A DNA stretch of 62,637 bases, filler included, from Sphacelaria rigidula (taxonomy: Eukaryota): the NCBI GenBank assembly GCA_964200075.2. It is 4 parts of 4 records of this genome, joined end to end, with 100 filler letters (N's around TTAATTAATTAA, not from the genome) between each part and the next. Parts side by side here need not be neighbours in the genome. Positions count along the whole stretch, not along the records: positions 15,686 to 31,270 come from CAXNAA020001687.1; positions 31,371 to 46,954 come from CAXNAA020001688.1; 2 more parts are not named here. One strand, given 5' to 3'. The notes below the pieces were generated by a model that made no database searches, was not told the DNA's origin, and saw nothing but the letters and a program-made list of their open reading frames with translations. The stretch's first letter is position 1. Each line of letters opens with the position of its first letter. Position numbers and translations under genes: made by a program. This document shows positions 25,056 to 37,950 of this stretch, piece by piece.

Positions 25056-25266
25056 CGTAGTGCAGTGAAGGTTCCAAGGGAGAGTGGGTTGATTTATCTG
25101 AGGCTACGGATTCATTCCGATGAAGGGGGGACGGGGGGGGACGGGTGTACCAGTACGACAAAAAAGGTGACCATGACTCGAACATCTATATACCTTGTAG
25201 TCTACGTCCCACTGCCCCGCCTTCCTGGTTGTCGTTGTCACGATGTCGCTTTTGTTTCCCCATCAG

Positions 25267-25560
25267 GTACCTCCACCCGTAAAATCTCGCAAACGCGCGA
25301 GGCAGATCGTCACGTCGTTTCACAAGCTGACGAAGGAAGCCGAAAGGATTGCCTCTGGTGCCGCCACTGGCGAAGACGAAAAAAACAGGCGGCTGAAGCG
25401 GCTGCAGCGCGAGCTGCAGGCGATGGGTGGCCGGCAGGCGTATCAGAGCGCAAGCCTACTCTCGGTCAGCTTCCACAACACCTCGAAGTGGGTGACGCAA
25501 ATGCTTACAAAGATGAATTTGCGCCCGCAGAGAGGACAGTCGCCCCTGAAAGTCCTCGAG
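25267..25560 (+). CDS. BMT2: 25S rRNA (adenine-N1)-methyltransferase Bmt2-like, exon
   Basis: catcag|GTA...GAG|gtacgt. KSRKRARQIVTSFHKL...MGGRQAYQSAS...TSKWV...LKVLE matches Bmt2 motifs (GGxxxYQxAS, SKW). Confidence 0.9.
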
Positions 25561-25753
25561 GTACGTGTGTGGGGGAGTTGCTTGGCAGATGGGAGGCGCT
25601 GATGCACATTGAGTCGCGCCGTTGCATGTTGCTGAATTCCAGGTGCGTAGGGTATGATTGGCTACAAGAATATCTGTCATCTTCAGAATCGTTGCGTGCT
25701 GTTACGGTCTGTACTACTGTACATCGTGTGTCATGTCATACGCAACAACACAG

Positions 25754-25896
25754 GTGGGCGCTATCAACACCAGACTGCTCGACATACCGTGGTTGGATGT
25801 CCGGGCGATCGATCTCAAGTCACAGCACGAGCGCATCGAGGAACGAGATTTTTTCTCCCTGCAGCCTGCTGGCGACTTCGATGTGTTGTCCTCTAG
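25754..25896 (+). CDS. BMT2: Bmt2-like exon (SAM-binding region)
   Basis: acacag|GTG...TCT AG|gtgaga. VGAIN...VRAIDL...IEERDFF...FDVLS. Confidence 0.9.
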
Positions 25897-27400
25897 GTGA
25901 GAGTGGACGGTGAACCGCGGTGCTTTTGAAGATAAATAAAAAAACATAACATTTCTTCCCCCCCAAGATTCAGGCAGGCAACAAATGAGTACGCCCCCAA
26001 GATTTCCTGGGACGGCGAAAACCCGGGGTGCTCCGTCCCACTTTGTAGGGGTGCGAAGTCAATTGTCATATGACTACGGCATGCAAGATCATGAGTACAC
26101 CCCGAGTTTCCCACTCCCGCGGTGTCTCACAAACACCCATGCAAATGTAGCAGCATCAGGAGTAGCATCCTCAGCATCAATCTCACTTGGAAAATCTCAT
26201 CAGCCGCCGTGGAGGGTCGGCGTTGATCTCTATCTTGCGATCACCATCGCATGCAACTCGTGCGTCTTGTACTACACTACCCGCTGTTGATTTGTCCTGT
26301 CCGTGTGAAAAGAGTAGTGTGCTATTAGTACCGTACTGCTGGTATGTCTCTGTGGCCGTACCGTACTCGTTACCGAACCGCTGCCTTGTGTGCCACCTCG
26401 AGGGGGCCAGCGTTTTGTAGCACCTGTGCAGTACGTATCACTGTTCACAGCTTCAAACCGTTTTCACGGCACTGTCGTGTTATTTTCATTCATCTGTAAA
26501 TAACGACTCCGGGCGATGTCGAGAAAGTCTCTTGCGCTCAACATCCAGTGAAACCACAAGCAAAACGAATCAGTATACAAGGTAGAGGGTGCTCGATCTA
26601 TTGAGTGCAAAAGTGGTCCTTGAGGGTTGTCAATTTCGCACGACTATCGTGGGTCAACTAGAGTGGTTTGAACCACGCCCGATGTTTATTCGAGCGCTGC
26701 CCACGCTCCGAGATGTGAGCACCTCGCAGGCCCATCTTGTGGAGATGTCGTGATGCCCTCTGTTCACAAGCGTCGTGATCATGATTGTGCGTCGCAACGC
26801 CCATTCCAGCTGTCATTGTAGTCCTCGAATCGTTGTCATTGGAATACCCCATGATCCAATTTAACAATTATCGGTGTTTCTTGTCTTCGTTGTACGAGAT
26901 TATCACCACAACAAGCCGCGCCAGGATCTCTGTATGTTTTATCCTCATCATAACCGCAATTCCAATATGTATACCTGCAACACGTTGCTGGAAGCAGCGC
27001 ATTCGAAGTGAAGCACGCGGCGGAGGAGAAAAATGAAGTTGAAAACAAATCTCATGATATTATCATTAGCAGGTCATGATGTATGAGGAACACTGCAGCA
27101 TACAACAGTAATGAAATGCTCTCTCGTGTCCATTCCGCTGGCTTGTACGCAAACAAAACCGAACGAAGCATCCGAACCCGCAGCATTACCGTCACCTGCG
27201 TTCAGACTGCGAAGCAACGAGGGGAGAGATGCTGGTAGGCGAAGGAAATTGAAATTCTTCTGAAGTAACATTTGTGTTGCGATTTTCATCCGAAGTCGGA
27301 AGTGATGGGAATAAGAGGCAGTGAAATACCCGATCCTGACTGACCCTTCCCTTGGCTTGTTCGCAAAAAAATAAATGAACAAAACGTCCCGAATTCGCAG

Positions 27401-27854
27401 CATGGTCATCAACTGCGTTCCGACGGCGAGACGACGAGGGGAGATGCTGATGGGCTACCGCGAGCACCTCCGGCCGGGCGGTCACCTGTTCCTAATGTTG
27501 CCTCTTCTTTGCCTCACCAATAGTAAGCACACCACGCGAGCTTCTTTCGTGGCCACCCTGGAAAAAGCCGGCTTCTCCTTGAGGGAATCTCGCGACTCAC
27601 CCAAAGTGGCGTTTTACTGTGCAGTAGCTGTAGATAATCCTGTTGGTCATGGTGCTGGTCCATATGTGGCGCCAAGGGCCACCGACGACAGTGGCAGTGC
27701 CACACCCGCGCATGGGAAGAAGCGGAAATATACGCAGCAACGGATGGCGGAGGCCACGGATGCGATACATGCGGATCCGATAGCGGGTGGAGGCTCGAGG
27801 AGCGAAGGGAGGAAAGGGCGACGTGGGCGCAACGATTTTGCAATTGAATTATAG
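27401..27854 (+). CDS. BMT2: Bmt2-like last exon
   Basis: tcgcag|C ATG. SMVINCVPTARRRGEML...LFLMLPLLCLTNS...GRRGRNDFAIEL* (family C-terminal NxFxI). Confidence 0.9.
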
Positions 27855-28973
27855 CGAACAAGCGGGAGTGTTTGTACGGAATAACCGCATGTTTTCTCGT
27901 TGTTTTGTGTTTGTCTTTGCGTCCATGTAGAAGTATGCGTCCCTACTTGCAAATTCATCGCGAAGCAACGCGCCACCTCACATGATCGAACCACCGCGAT
28001 CAATCGTGTATATGTAGATAATTAATAACGAAGTCCCCAGGGGATCTCCGGAATCGACTGTCCACGGGATATGCTCTAAAAATTTGTGTTGTCGGGGCAT
28101 CACGCGTAAGGAACCCGTTTTTGTGGGAGGTGTTGTTACCGTTTTGAATTTTGGTCCCCGAATGAGTTTTTCGACTGGACCCCATCACTGATCAACCCTT
28201 TGACTACTGTACGAGTTTCGCCTCGGAGTAGTTTTTCCTGCTGACAGTCCAGGGAGTAACAAAGGATTTCCACAGCGCGCGGGATCCATTTCATAGGGGG
28301 GGTTCTGGGTTCCCAGAAGGTCGGAGAGAAATTGCCTCATCAATCATGAATATTTCCAGAACATTTTTCGGCCGAACAACAAGCCTGAAACGGGGAGCAG
28401 GGTGACCATTTCGATGGTTTCGATTGGTCGTTTAGTCCACGATTTTCCCGTACAGATGGACTACACACCACACCCCGATCAGCTCGGTGCAAGACTTTTT
28501 CTCTTCTGTGTCTCAACGTCTCTTTTTTTCTGCTTTGTTATGGTTTTATTTTGTTTTGGAGTCTAAGAACAAACCACTCAATGAGTGCCTCTATGCCCTC
28601 TCATGTCCATGCCGCTGGCTTGTACGCGAACAAACCGAACGAAGCACCCGAACCCGCAGCATTACCGTAAGGAACAGCAGTAACGGTAACTGGAAAGGCG
28701 AGCCTACGTCTGTGATGACGGGTTCGAGAGATCAGGCTAATGTGCTCCCTCGGTTGTCCAAAGCATTGAAGGACACAAACAAACTTGGTGCCTTTTGCTC
28801 TCTATGCAGTCTAAGCGCGATCGGCCTGCTCCCTCTGTTGTCCAACATAGCTGCGTCGAAAGCACCAAGGTTGCTCAAGCGTGGGCGAAGGGTGTTCCAC
28901 ACGTCGCACGAGCGCGGGTACGATTCGTGGCACTCGCACTCGTTGGGCTGCTCGTAGACCGTAAGATTTAATT

Positions 28974-29560
28974 GGGCGAGTACTCGAGTCACGATTCGTT
29001 GTGGAAAAAATAGTAGGGCGAGCACTCGAGTCATCGCTCGTTGTGGAAACAATTAACAGGGCGAGCACTTGAGTTACTGCTCGTTGTCGAGAAAATTAAT
29101 AGGGCGAGCACTCGAGTCATTGCTTGTTGTGGAAAATATTAACAGGGCGAGCACTCGAGTCACTGCTCGTTGTCGAGAAAATTAATAGGGCGAGTACTAG
29201 AGTCATTGCTCGTGGTGGAGAAGTAAACAACTCGAGCACATGAGTTATTGCTCGTGATGAACGACTTGAGTGGAGGAGTCAGCAATCCGACGAGCAAATA
29301 ATTATAACGAGCTCTTTGACGATCTTGAACCTAGAAGCTTTAACTTCATATGCACATCTGCAATGGTGCACCTCAAGCTCCAAAGCTCGTTTTCATTATA
29401 TTCAAACACCCCCCCCCCCTCGCCCCCCCACCCCACACACGGAGATCAGAGTTCTACCAAAGCGGCGGAGACTATATCTTGAGTAGTGCATTCACAGGGC
29501 GAGCACTCGAGTCATTGCTCGTCGTGGAAAAATGAATAACTCGAGCACACGAGTCATTGC
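28974..29560 (+). repeat. Tandem ~43-bp minisatellite (gggcgagcactcgagtcattgctcgttgtggaaaa...)
   Basis: Unit starts at 28974, 29016, 29059, 29102, 29145 and 29188, with further units near 29497. Confidence 0.9.
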
Positions 29561-31270
29561 TAGCTGAGTTAAAAAAACATACACGAGTGCACTGGTTTCG
29601 ACGAGTAATGACTCGTCCGACGTGTGCAGTGTTCGTGTACCACATGGCACCATTGGAAGCCATAAATAACAACGCATGATGTCATGAACCTGACGAAAGT
29701 GACTTACAACAAACACTGATGGGCTTCACTTACTACGGGCTCCTAACTGATCAGGGGTTCTGCCGTGCTAACTCCCGAACGAATGCTCAACGTCCACCGT
29801 GTGATGTAAAAAGGCGTGCTATGCTACTTGGAAAACAAAAGTATTAGAGTCACGTTGACCTTGGTCCATCGTAGGCCATATCCGGGGAGATCGCAATCAA
29901 GGGTTTAGAAATTGCAAGAACCGAGCCTGGACGGTTGTGTACCAGAATGATAGGGACTTATTCGATTGAGGAGAAAAAAAAAAACGTACATGGAACTCTG
30001 GACCTGTGTTCTCGTAACGCCACCGACAGCGGTTAGCTCAAAAGTAGTCGGAAAATTAGCCGTATGTATGACTTCCCCTGGAGGTTTTTTCTTGGGTAGT
30101 GTAGTATCTCTCCATCCCCAGTACTTGGGATTGAATTTCCACCGTGATACGCCTCTGCAACCGAGGAAACGTAAAAAAACGCATCCAATCTTCAATCGAT
30201 AGTTCTCCGCTCGGAAATATCAAGTACCGTCATGCTCTCCTGGAGTTTGGCGTTACGTGAATCACCTCCCCCCCCCCCAATTGTCGACATACGTTTTCTC
30301 TCCGCACACACGATAGCAAGACTGCCAACAGTGATGAAACATAGCAGCATTGCAGCATTACACTAGTTGTTGCGTACGCTTCTTGTGAGTGTCAGCGGGT
30401 CCTGATGGTCTACTTCTAGCAGCTTGCGAAACAGGGGGTTTCAATGTGGAAGGATATTAGTTTCATGAAATATAATTAGAGTAGGGTTGTGTTTCGACAC
30501 CATTCTCAAGAGTCTTGACGCTGGGTATTAGGTCGTGGGAAACCACTGAGAAGCTGAGCGTATGTAATGTAATAGTGTCACCCTGGGTTTTATCGAGCGT
30601 ATGTTACGTGACGGATTCACCGTTGGTCTTGTCCTTAGAGAGCACGTCGGTCGCGATTAATCACGGAAGGCTGCGATCCTCTCCTCATCTAGGGTATGAG
30701 AGTGCGCTGCGCATATGCATATAGCCCTCCCCTAGAGGTACAAGGATAAAATCATGCGGTTCTTATTGCCATGAATGGGGATCTCTAGTTCCTATTTGGC
30801 TCCATTTCTGTTTGATCCTGCGTGTTGAGTGGGAACATTGGGCTCTGCCTCCAGTGGTCCGAATGGTCGTTTGCGGCCCCGAAACATGTCAGGGTAGCAG
30901 TATTTGCCCGGGTCCTATTTTTTTTACTTGATTTCATCGTACCTATTTTTTGGTTTGTTAGCCTGTGACCACGGAAGAAGGCGTTCGCATCAGATGCCCA
31001 GTATAGAGTACTGCGCAGATATCGGAATGATTTTCCATGTGAAAGCGTCACAACAACAGTGTGCAAAACACACGATTCTCAGATGATTTTACTGGCAGGT
31101 TGAGTAGGGTATGATCGTATCGGTATTTGGAAAAATGGTACTTCAAGTACTAGAAAAATTTGGTTGAGTATTGAGATCGTACCCAAGTTTCTCAATATTT
31201 GCGTATTTTTATTATTATTATATCCATCACATTAGCTCGATCTCTCGAACCCGTGGTCACAGAGTGGAAG

Positions 31271-31370
31271 NNNNNNNNNNNNNNNNNNNNNNNNNNNNNN
31301 NNNNNNNNNNNNNNTTAATTAATTAANNNNNNNNNNNNNNNNNNNNNNNNNNNNNNNNNNNNNNNNNNNN
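31271..31370. other. Artificial contig spacer
   Basis: N44-TTAATTAATTAA-N44. Confidence 0.98.
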
Positions 31371-32299
31371 GGGTTGATCCCTTGAGACCACGGACTCATC
31401 CCGAGGAAGGGGAGGGGTTCAAAGTGTGAGGGGAAAAAAAAGAAAAAGTGCTAGACGCCGAGTACGCGGAGTCGCGCAAAGGTAGCGCTTTGACTTCTCG
31501 GACCCTGCTGTCACGCGTTTTGTGTGTTTTGGGCAAGGGATCCGAGAGTCCTCTTTGATTTGTTAAATTCAGGTAGCTAGCTCACGAGCTGTCCGGCGTG
31601 TGGTAAGCTTCCAGTATTTCAGAGCACCAAGCTGTATCGACACCTCCAAATACTCAGTATTCAGGGGACATAGCTAATGTTGGACAAAAATTTGTACCGC
31701 AAAAGCTAATATAGGTAACAATCGGGTGTTTTGAGTATCGCTGCCTGCACAAAAAAAAAGAACCCCATCTGGTCGCTGAAGTTTGAAATATACGGCAGAA
31801 ATGAGCGTAAGGACGTTGCCGAGTTGTACTCTGAGTTTACGTACAGTTGGCTAGTCGATGCTTGAAAAAGTACATATAGCAGCTCTCCATGGAAGGTGAG
31901 TATTTTTGTTTGCGGTTCACCGTTGTGCCCGATAGGTAGACATGTGTCAAGCGTACAGTGTGTCAATATATCAGTTTGTTGAAATTGGATAAGTTGACGC
32001 TGCTATTAATTGATGTGAATTCAGCCTTCCAATCAAAATATACAAGCATGGTTCCACACGTCACAACCCCCCCCCTCCCCACACCCTTTCATCTAGTACG
32101 GGCAAACGACGGGACGTTTTGGCAAAGGGCGGAGGCGATTTGGCTACACTAGTCAATTCGCTACCCGTGTTAGTCGGGGCCAACGTTGGTAAAACAGGGG
32201 ACGAGCAGTTGAGCGTGGACGGCTCGTCGGTCACTACGCTATATTTTCCTTGTGAAGATTCAGGTGTTTTTTTTTTATGACAGGAGATGAACGCCCTAT

Positions 32300-35200
32300 T
32301 GGCAGCGAGGTATCTGACCCAAGAAATGACAACGCTGTTTTAGTGGTGGGTTCTCACATAGTGTGTGAGGGGTCGCTAGGGAGCAGCGTCGATCTGCTCG
32401 AAATCTGGGGATTACCGGCCTGGTCGACAGTATCGTATTCATCCAATGAAACCCACACCCATTCACGATTCCGGTGGACGGGTGCAACTGCGCGATCAGG
32501 GATGTTTACAGGGTCATCCGGAGGAGCACGCCGAGGGTGACGCGTATAGCGCACCAAAGGTTCGGCTGCTCCGGGGGCTATTGGGAACTGATCAAGGACA
32601 ATCCGCCCTCGGTCACGCTCGTGGCGCTCCACCGGCGCTGTTGCTTGGGGTTCCTTTCCAACCCGCTGAGCGACGGAAAGGCAGGATTCGACACGGTTTC
32701 GCTCCGTGTACGAAAAAAAACGCTCACCAAAAAAAGGGGACCGTGGACCGACGTTATTTAGTTCGTTGGTGTAACAGGAGTCGGCTTGACACCTAAGCCT
32801 GTTTGAGGGCTGGCGTGTGGCCTTGATTTTATTATCCTACGGTGAACGGTCGCAGGGGTAACAGCTACCGCGCCAAAAGATGTACCTGCTTCGGGGGCGG
32901 GAGGTATTACGCTACACGACTGCCGATCCCGCGAGGAGAAAGGATCCAACTGGCTATGATTAATACCAGTTGGAGGTAAAACTGGGTATACAGCTTTAGA
33001 CTTGAAACACCGGGGTTGATCAATGCGCAATTGGGAGTCATGCGAAGATGCACGGGATTCTGCTGCCATGGAACCCATCACGACAGTCTGATCGAGCCCA
33101 GTGTACCCGCACCACGAACCTGAACCTGTGCAGGCCGACAATGGTTCAGTTTTGTGATGTGTATCTACTGGCCGCGCCAAAGAAAAGGGGGGGCACTTCC
33201 GCGTCAATCGTTGGTTCGCTAATGTGGGCCTGTGGCGAACAATGGGGAATGAACGCGAAGTTTAATCCGAATGTTTAGAGGGCAACAACTCAATTACGGA
33301 AGCAGTCGCACACTCGGGGTTACCCATCTGTATGCTATTCGGAAACGCGGCGTTTCCTACATTTCCAAAACACCGTCACGTGGTGCGTTTAGCATCGGTT
33401 AAGGAACGGTTTTCTTCCTGGCAGGGTTCAGCCGGTGCAGCAGTTCTCGTTGTGAACGGTTGGCGAGCATCTTGTGACCGAGTCTGCATTTTCGGTTGAA
33501 AAGCGCCAGGAGGAGGGACGGGCAGGCTCGCGCGGGCAGCGTCGGCCGGCTGAGCCTGATAGTAGGGCTGTTGGTACTGGTTTTGGGGGCACGGGGTTCG
33601 TTACCATAGTGGCGATTCCCGCGCCGTGGACGTTGGAATGAATTGCGGGCGTCGCTGGATTGAGGGCGGCGGTAAGAACGCATACGCGCTTGCCAAGTCC
33701 GCCAACAGTGTGCATATTGTGGATCAAGGAACATCGGGTCAAGTACACCAAATGCATTCGTGAAAGGTTCTTCACAGGTGTGCTTTGAGTGCACCGGGAC
33801 GCGACCGTCCGTCGAATACCCCGTTGTTCGTCGAACCAAATACCACAGTTCAGGCAGCGGTGCTTACAATTGCGAATCAATTCAGTCCTGAGGTCAGGAT
33901 CTACGTCACGAGCCCAGAGGGGGGGGATTCGGTTTGTTCATGGAAGTTCTAACTTCGAAAACCTCAGGCCATGTTTCTGCCTCAAAGAGTCAACTTGGGA
34001 ATCGACTGGCGAACGCGCCAGTGTTGTATAGGGGCTGTGAACATGACCTCACCAGTTGTGGTCATGAACACACGAATCCACACGGGCTGACTTGCTTTAG
34101 GGCGAGTAGACTGCGATCGTGACGCAGTAGGTGCGGCTACCGAAAAGGGCGGTAGAGTGACGGAAGCATGGGCATTGCCGCCGCTCGCAGAGGTGCCAGT
34201 TTGTTCTGCATCCGTCGCATCTATCACCGGGGTCCTGTTTGACCGCAATCCATCTAGTTGTCTCCACATACTATTGAGGTCGGGAAACGGAACCGAAGCA
34301 GTTGCCGTATCGCCCACAAAGACAGTCGGCATCAGACTAGGACGATGCGAAAATAGTCATGCTGTATTAACTGTTGGTCCCGCTGAGTCGAGGGTGGAAT
34401 ATGCAGCGCAGTCATCTTGCGCGCATTACAGCTGTGAGAAAATTACGCGTGGTTCAGGGCCCATCGGAAGTAAAGAGTCAACGTGTACAACTTGTTGGTC
34501 CCGCATTAGCTCGAAGGTGGGAAAAATGTACGGGCGCTTACCTCGAACGACTCGGTCAAGCAAGTTGAACATGACGTTCCCGACTCATGATGGTAAGAAG
34601 TGCGTGGCATGTACAACCGATGCATTCAAATTTGCAGTGCAGGGTTGACTATGTGCCAATTATTCACCACGGTATTCATGGACAGTAGGAAGCGGATACC
34701 TTTGGGTTATACTGCACCACGCACGAGCTGAGAAGCTGTATGAATTACAAATGATGTACGAATAGTATGATTCATTTTTTGAAATGATAAAAGTGAGTTG
34801 AAAAATGAGTTGAGTCGTCCTAACCGTGGAAAAGACTCATGACCATCTTTTGTATAGGGGCTAGCTCACGCCCACCGTCAACCGTGACAAAAATCAACGC
34901 ACAAAATTCCTTTAGATACTGGTCGAATGGCGTATTCACCGGCACCTTGAACCTGAAAAGGCGTTCGATTGATTCACCTACATAGCTGGTGTCAAGTGGG
35001 GAACTGATCAATCTGAGTAACAATATGAAAGCGTCGTATCCGCCTGTACCGAGCGTTGGGTTACGGGCGACTTGGTCGAAGTGAGTGTCCAAAATGGTTG
35101 ACAACTTCGTAGCCTGCTGGGTATTGAAGTCAAGAGCACCTCCGAGCGCTCGGTGTAGGGAACGGACGCATCCGTCGACCCACGTACTAGACTTCAGGTC

Positions 35201-36670
35201 GACAAATTGCACATCACAGATTGAAATGATATCACTCATCGCAGTCGTTGAGGATTGCTGTAGTTGACTACATGACAGACCTACATCTGATCCTGCTGGG
35301 AACGGAAGAGTAGGTCTGGCCTTACCCACGAACTTGAGATACAAAGCCAGATATGCACGGCGCACGCTTGACGGATTACGGGGCGGAAGGACTGCTAAGA
35401 GAGGTGTCAGAGGGAGCAGATTGCACGCGTTTGGTGGTGTTTTTGGTGGTTTCTCGTTCTGCCTTTACTGTGATTGCGGCGTGTCGCCAAAGCCGCAGTC
35501 ACAGTAAAGGCAGAACGAGAAATCACCAAAAACACCACCAAACGCGTGCAATTTGCTCCCTCTGACACCTCTCCACCACGTAGCAGTCCTTCCGCCCCGT
35601 AATCCGTCAAGCGTGCGCCGTGCACATCTGAATTTGGATTTCAAGTTCGTGGGTAAGGTCGAGCCTTCCCCTCCGTTCCCAGCAGGGTCAGATGTAGGTC
35701 TGTCATGTCGTCGACTACGGCAATCCTCAACGACTGTGATGAGTGATGTTCTTTCAATGTGTGATGAGCAATTCGTCGACCTGAAGTCTAGTACGTGGGT
35801 CGACGGATGGCTCCGTCCGCTACACCGAGCGCTCGAAAGCACGGGCAGAGGGCATTCGCGCGTTTTGAGATGAACCCTCGGTACTGGCCGACTCACTGTC
35901 GGACTGGGGGGGGAGAGATACCGGCGTGTAGTTGAGAGTGGGTTGCGAACAGAGGTTGAATGGCGGTGTGATCGCGGTTGGTTTGTCCCCGTGGTCACCT
36001 CACCATCCTTCATTCTGGGTTTTTTCTTCGCTTGGATGTGCCATCCATCGGCACCCTCCGACGACTTAGTCTCCGTGCTACTTGTCTGGGGTTCACTTCA
36101 TGAGTAACCGAGAGGCGGAGCTCCACCACTGTATAGGCGGTCTGTACCACCAGAGTTCTGCAGCTGTTGTGCTGGCATGAATTTACCGTGGTCGTAAAAG
36201 GTTGTGCGAAGTTGTTCAATCTCCTTGAACAGCCCGATGAGGGGTTGGACAAAATCGTCACGGATTTCTCGACTTGTGTCGGAGAGAGGTTGAGATTCAA
36301 CAGTTCGCACTTTCCCTGCGAGTGTGGCGGTTTGGCGGTGGTGGGAGAGCCATGTGAGGAGACCCCTAGCTTTGTCAGTCTCTGGGACAGCTAGTCTCCG
36401 TGCGTGACACGCATGCATCAGAAGGTCGGGGGGATCGTGAACGAGATCGTATAGAGGGACAACCGATGAGGTCTCCACGCCGGAAAGATTCAATGTGTTG
36501 GAGTGAGAATCCTTGAGGACGACCTCAGGGGTTGCGTGAGTTACAGTAGTCGATTTGGTGGCCGCCGTGGCATATGACGGGGGCCGTGGTTAGGGGGGGG
36601 GGGGGGCTGGTGGCGGTTTTACTCGGGTTGTACCCCGGACGAAGTCGTTTATCCCGTCACATAACACTAA
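32300..36670 (-). mobile_element. Decayed retroelement-like sequence with a fragmented gag-like ORF and a zinc-knuckle-like motif
   Basis: Collinear intronless ORF pieces at 36098-36493, 34820-35365, 33982-34332 and 33399-33880. CLNCG...HSKHTC spans a frameshift and is followed by an R/N-rich tail. No RT was recognised; boundaries are approximate. Confidence 0.5.
35143..35835. repeat. Long inverted repeat (arms 338 and 344 bp, 11-nt loop)
   Basis: 35143-35480 is the reverse complement of 35492-35835; loop gtgtcgccaaa. Confidence 0.95.
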
Positions 36671-37950
36671 CGGGTACAAATGCCCCCGTTTCTCCCACTG
36701 ATACACGTGGAACTTGACATGACGGGTATCGACCGAAATAAAATCAAGCAGGAAACGATCGCACATACAAGTAGAACGAAAAAACATATACGGGAACAAT
36801 AGAATGAACACTATCATGAAAGAGCCATATTTCAAAAACGGGATTCTGCATTTTCTCCGTCAATATCAAGACCCATGGAACAAGCGGTGGCTCAAAATGG
36901 TCGCATATAAAAAAGCTTGAAACAAACGCAATTTGGAGGGGTGCACTCATGATCTTGCATTCCATAGTGATAACATCATTGACCTCGCAACCCTACAAAG
37001 CCGAGACGGAGCACACCGGGTTTTCGCCATACCAGGCTCTCAATCAAACGCCAACCGTGAAGCGCCATAATATGTCCGGCGAGTCTCAGGGAGGGTGAGC
37101 TGCATCCTGCTAACATTGTTCGTCCCGGAGCATGCTGATTTACTTGCACATGGATGACATCCTCAAATGTGTTGCTTCATCTTTTGGTATCGCCACTTCC
37201 AGAAGCATTAACCAATTGCACACTGCCTCACGGGGTGTCTCACCATAGAAGCACTTCGTAGTACAATCATGCCATTTGCGCGAAGTTCGGGTTCTCCACC
37301 CCGCAGAATATGATCTAGTTCGACCACGGCGATGGTTGCCGCAAAAAATCGCAAGCGAGAAACCTGCGGTAACCTAGTTCCCTAGCTTACGCGGCGAGCG
37401 GCGTGTTTTACAACGTCTCCAACTGACGCCAATCCTCAAAATATATATATTAGGAAGGGGAAGAGAAGCACAGTGGTACAAATAGCGAAAGACAAGCAAT
37501 GATTTGTCTGAAGAGTACCTGCTTTTAGTGCAGTTGATTTGCACCGTACGAATAAGTCCTTGAGCTTTGTTCTCCGCGTCGCCACTGCACCACAGCTACG
37601 TGCACCTCAGGCACATGGATTGGAACAGCGCACAACTTGCGTACAGACTTTTTTTAGCCCGCAATCAACGTGCTGTTTCTCTCTTTCCAGGAATCAGGCC
37701 TCAGAAATCGTAGATTTGGCGATTCAAACTAGCGATGATCATCCGACTCTTGAAAATCAGTACACACGGAGCAGAGAATCATACTCCTGAGGACACCTGG
37801 CTGTACTTGACAGCGACTACCGAGGAAGTGGATGGGTTGAAAGCATGGCAGGAGAAGACGGAATAATTCCTGGTACCGGTGTATCGATAAGCCCGCCGCG
37901 TTCCACCGTTGCCGACGCGGCCGTCGCTATTGCCGGGGGTCAATTTGCAG

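Noticed and set aside
25065-25913. 282-aa plus-strand ORF
   Set aside because: An off-frame shadow over the BMT2 exons and intron.
28974-29260. CRISPR-like regular repeats
   Set aside because: The units are contiguous, with no unique spacers, in a eukaryotic context; this is a minisatellite.
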